Below are positions 61,320 to 64,000 of a stretch of 64,000 bases of DNA, one piece after another. The notes under the pieces were generated by a model that ran no database searches, was not told the origin of the DNA, and was given only the letters and a program-made list of their open reading frames with translations. Positions within the stretch are counted from its first letter, which is position 1, and every line of letters starts with the position of its first letter. The translations under genes were made by a program, and so were the position numbers. Source of the DNA: Utricularia gibba (lineage: Eukaryota > Plantae > Magnoliophyta); assembly GCA_002189035.1 (NCBI GenBank), contig NEEC01000017.1, positions 1,550,001-1,614,000 of the forward strand, read 5' to 3'.

Positions 61320-63845
61320 ATGATAAGAGCAAAGCACCTTGGTAGCTTGTCCCACTCTGCCAGATCCTTGCTGCTAAGTGGATCGAGATGCAGTCCCACA
61401 GATGGAAGTTCCTGCACCTGCTCTGATGATGAAGCTCATGCTTCTGAAAGGCCTCTCAGAGGCAATGCACAAAGCTTGAAGGCATCGCCCACGATATTAT
61501 CCAAGGCATCAGTCAGAGTAGGTTTGTTATCTTCTCTTGATTCGGAAAAAACAGAAACCTCCAAAAATCCAGGTGGTTGCTCTCCATTGCAAAAGTCAGA
61601 AACTGTCAAGGCTTCTTCAGAGCGAGTTTGCTCTGTTGGGTATTCTGATGATTCAGAGGACAGTGCTTTTTCATCTTCGCCTCATATAGCAGACCAATTC
61701 ATGAAAGCTGGCATGGCGACTGTAGGAATTTTATCTGATTTAGTGAATTATAGGATCCCATTGACAGAGGGCAGTGCATTAAGGACCACTCCTGTAACTG
61801 CGATGGTCAGCCATGCGAGGCCAGTATCCGCTGTCAAAGCAGTTGCTACAAGAAGCTCAAGGAAGGACAAAATTTCTGCAACATCAAGTTCTCCCTCAGC
61901 ATCAGAATCTGTTCATGAGCTTGGGGATGGTACTCAAGATGGATCTTGTAAATCAGTTTTAAATAAGGAAATGGCCAATTTTTCAAGCAATGTATCCGGT
62001 GATATCTCTACAAGAACTAGTGATAATAGAAGTTCAATCTTTCAAAAGCCAGAGGGGAAGTTTAGGGGAAGCAGGGGAGAAAGCTTCAGTGGATCAATAA
62101 GGAAGGTGAAAGCAGTTCCTGGAGCAGCAAATGGAAGTCGTCAATTTCTGCTTGCTAGTACTGTATGTGAGAAAGTTTCTCTCATATTGCATGGTGGCAA
62201 ATGGGGTCCTGCGGCTGAAATGGCCCTTTCAAAGCTAAACTGCTCATTAGACGCATACCAGGCAAATCAGATTCTTAAGCAGCTCCAAGATTATACAGTT
62301 GCTCTGAACTTTTTCTACTGGCTAAAACAACAACCAGGTTTCAAGCATGATGGTCATACGTACACCACCATGATTGGTATTCTTGGCCGTGCCAAGCAGT
62401 TTGAGTCCATCAACAGATTACTTAATCAGATGGTGAATGAAGGTTGTATGCCAAATGTGGTCACTTATAATCGTCTGATTCATAGTTATGGAAGAGCAAA
62501 TTTTTTGAATGAAGCTATTGGTGTTTTTGATCAGATGCAGAGATTAGGCTGCAATCCTGATCGTGTAACTTACTGTACACTGATTGATATTCATGCAAAA
62601 GCTGGTTATCTTGATGTTGCAATTGATATGTATCAGAGGATGCAAGAAGCTGGTCTTTCACCAGATACATTCACATACAGTGTAATTATCAATTGCCTTG
62701 GAAAAGCTGGACATTTGCCTATAGCACACAAGCTTTTCTGTGAGATGGTTAACCAGGGGTGTGTGCCTAACCTTGTGACTTACAATATTATGATTGCATT
62801 GCATGCAAAAGCTCGGAATTACGAGACATCATTACAGTTGTATCGAGATATGCAGAGTGCAGGATTTGAGCCAGACAGAGTAACTTACAGCATTGTAATG
62901 GAGGTTCTTGGTCATTGTGGCTATTTGGATGAAGCTGAGGGTGTTTTCCATGAAATGAAACGAAAGAACTGGGTGCCGGATGAGCCTGTTTATGGACTCC
63001 TTGTTGACCTTTGGGGGAAAGCAGGCAACGTGGAGAAAGCATGGGATTGGTACCATGCCATGCTTGATGCAGGTCTATGTCCCAATGTCCCGTCTTGTAA
63101 TTCACTTCTTAGTGCTTTCTTGAGAGTGCGCCGTCTACCTGATGCATACAATTTGCTGCGGAGCATGCTTAACCTTGGACTCAAGCCTTCTCTTCAAACT
63201 TACACTCTGCTACTTAGTTGCTGCACAGAATCGCAGTCACCGGCGGACAAGTCTTTTTGCTGTCAGCTGATGGCCACTACCAGTCATCCAGCCCATCTGT
63301 TTTTGCTGTCCATGCCAGCTCCATCTACGGACGGGCAGAATGTTAGAGACCATGTTAGCAGCTTCTTGGACATGATGCACAGTGAAGACAGGGAAAGCAA
63401 GCGCGGTCTCATGGATGCAGTCATCGACTTTTTCCACAAGACGGGTCTGAAAGAGGAAGCTGGCTCTGTCTGGGAAGTAGCAGCACTACGAAACGTCTAT
63501 CCAGACGTTGTGAGACAGAAGAGCTCATGCTACTGGCTCATAAACTTGCACGTTATGTCTGATGGAACTGCTGTCACTGCACTCTCGAGAACACTTGCCA
63601 GCTTCCGCCGTGAAATGCTGGCCTCCGGGATCTGCCCCAGCCGTATCGACATCATTACCGGTTGGGGCCGGAGGAGCCGCGTAACTGGAACCTCCCTTGT
63701 TAGACAGGCTGTACAACAACTTCTCAACGTTTTCAGGTTCCCATTCTTCGCCGAAAATGGCAATTCCGGATGTTTTGTTGGCTGTGGAGAGTCGCTGAGC
63801 GAGTGGCTGATGCACTCCTATGTTGAAAGAATGCATTTGCTCTAG
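61320..63845 (+). CDS. P-class PPR protein with C-terminal SMR domain (At1g18900/At1g74750-like), intronless, 841 aa
   Basis: MIRAKH N-terminus, tandem 35-aa P repeats, SMR motifs INLHVMSDGTA and IDIITGWGRRS. Confidence 0.93.
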   Translation: MIRAKHLGSLSHSARSLLLSGSRCSPTDGSSCTCSDDEAHASERPLRGNAQSLKASPTILSKASVRVGLLSSLDSEKTETSKNPGGCSPLQKSETVKASSERVCSVGYSDDSEDSAFSSSPHIADQFMKAGMATVGILSDLVNYRIPLTEGSALRTTPVTAMVSHARPVSAVKAVATRSSRKDKISATSSSPSASESVHELGDGTQDGSCKSVLNKEMANFSSNVSGDISTRTSDNRSSIFQKPEGKFRGSRGESFSGSIRKVKAVPGAANGSRQFLLASTVCEKVSLILHGGKWGPAAEMALSKLNCSLDAYQANQILKQLQDYTVALNFFYWLKQQPGFKHDGHTYTTMIGILGRAKQFESINRLLNQMVNEGCMPNVVTYNRLIHSYGRANFLNEAIGVFDQMQRLGCNPDRVTYCTLIDIHAKAGYLDVAIDMYQRMQEAGLSPDTFTYSVIINCLGKAGHLPIAHKLFCEMVNQGCVPNLVTYNIMIALHAKARNYETSLQLYRDMQSAGFEPDRVTYSIVMEVLGHCGYLDEAEGVFHEMKRKNWVPDEPVYGLLVDLWGKAGNVEKAWDWYHAMLDAGLCPNVPSCNSLLSAFLRVRRLPDAYNLLRSMLNLGLKPSLQTYTLLLSCCTESQSPADKSFCCQLMATTSHPAHLFLLSMPAPSTDGQNVRDHVSSFLDMMHSEDRESKRGLMDAVIDFFHKTGLKEEAGSVWEVAALRNVYPDVVRQKSSCYWLINLHVMSDGTAVTALSRTLASFRREMLASGICPSRIDIITGWGRRSRVTGTSLVRQAVQQLLNVFRFPFFAENGNSGCFVGCGESLSEWLMHSYVERMHLL

Positions 63846-64000
63846 AGATTTAGCCTTAGTACCAGGAAGATTGTTGTAAAGCTTCGCGGTAATCAGGAAC
63901 ATTGAGGCTTATTTTTTGAATCCATCAGAATGTCTGCTTAGCAGTCTCCATTTAGTTCTGTAACTAGCTCTTGGAGCTTTCATGAGTCATGATGTTTCAA

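Noticed and set aside
1-64000. rRNA, tRNA, CRISPR, U12 introns, autonomous transposase or RT ORFs
   Set aside because: None was recognisable on either strand by eye.

Overview
Gene-dense nuclear DNA from a flowering plant (eudicot; CYP75B signatures suggest an asterid, possibly Lamiales, which is inference only). About 22 spliced or intronless protein-coding genes lie in 64 kb, with several very short introns (about 55-75 nt). In order: an unidentified 5' gene end, GT47 exostosin, EMB514/DUF3223, RabA5, NEN exonuclease, DUF538, UGT80 sterol glucosyltransferase, F3'H (CYP75B) copy 1, BCCP, RPA1B, GDPD, F3'H copy 2, PMEI, TRM61, aldose 1-epimerase, ABCA2-like, CAT1, an LRR-RLK, a DYW-PPR, a plasma-membrane H+-ATPase, a scramblase and an SMR-PPR. 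There are also two Tourist-like MITEs (one nested in a TIR element), a foldback repeat and a Helitron-like 3' end. Main observations: (1) the duplicated CYP75B copy 2 carries Thr->Gly at the SRS6 regiospecificity position, an altered SRS2 and a lost stop, making it a candidate newly recruited flavonoid 5'-hydroxylase; (2) the LRR-RLK keeps its exon structure but has a catalytically dead kinase; (3) two unannotated intron-containing gene relics, a DCL1 3' end and an H+-ATPase 3' end, the latter sandwiching the DYW-PPR gene. Six single-base deletions in homopolymer runs break five housekeeping genes and are probably assembly errors. All family assignments come from recalled motifs; no searches were run.
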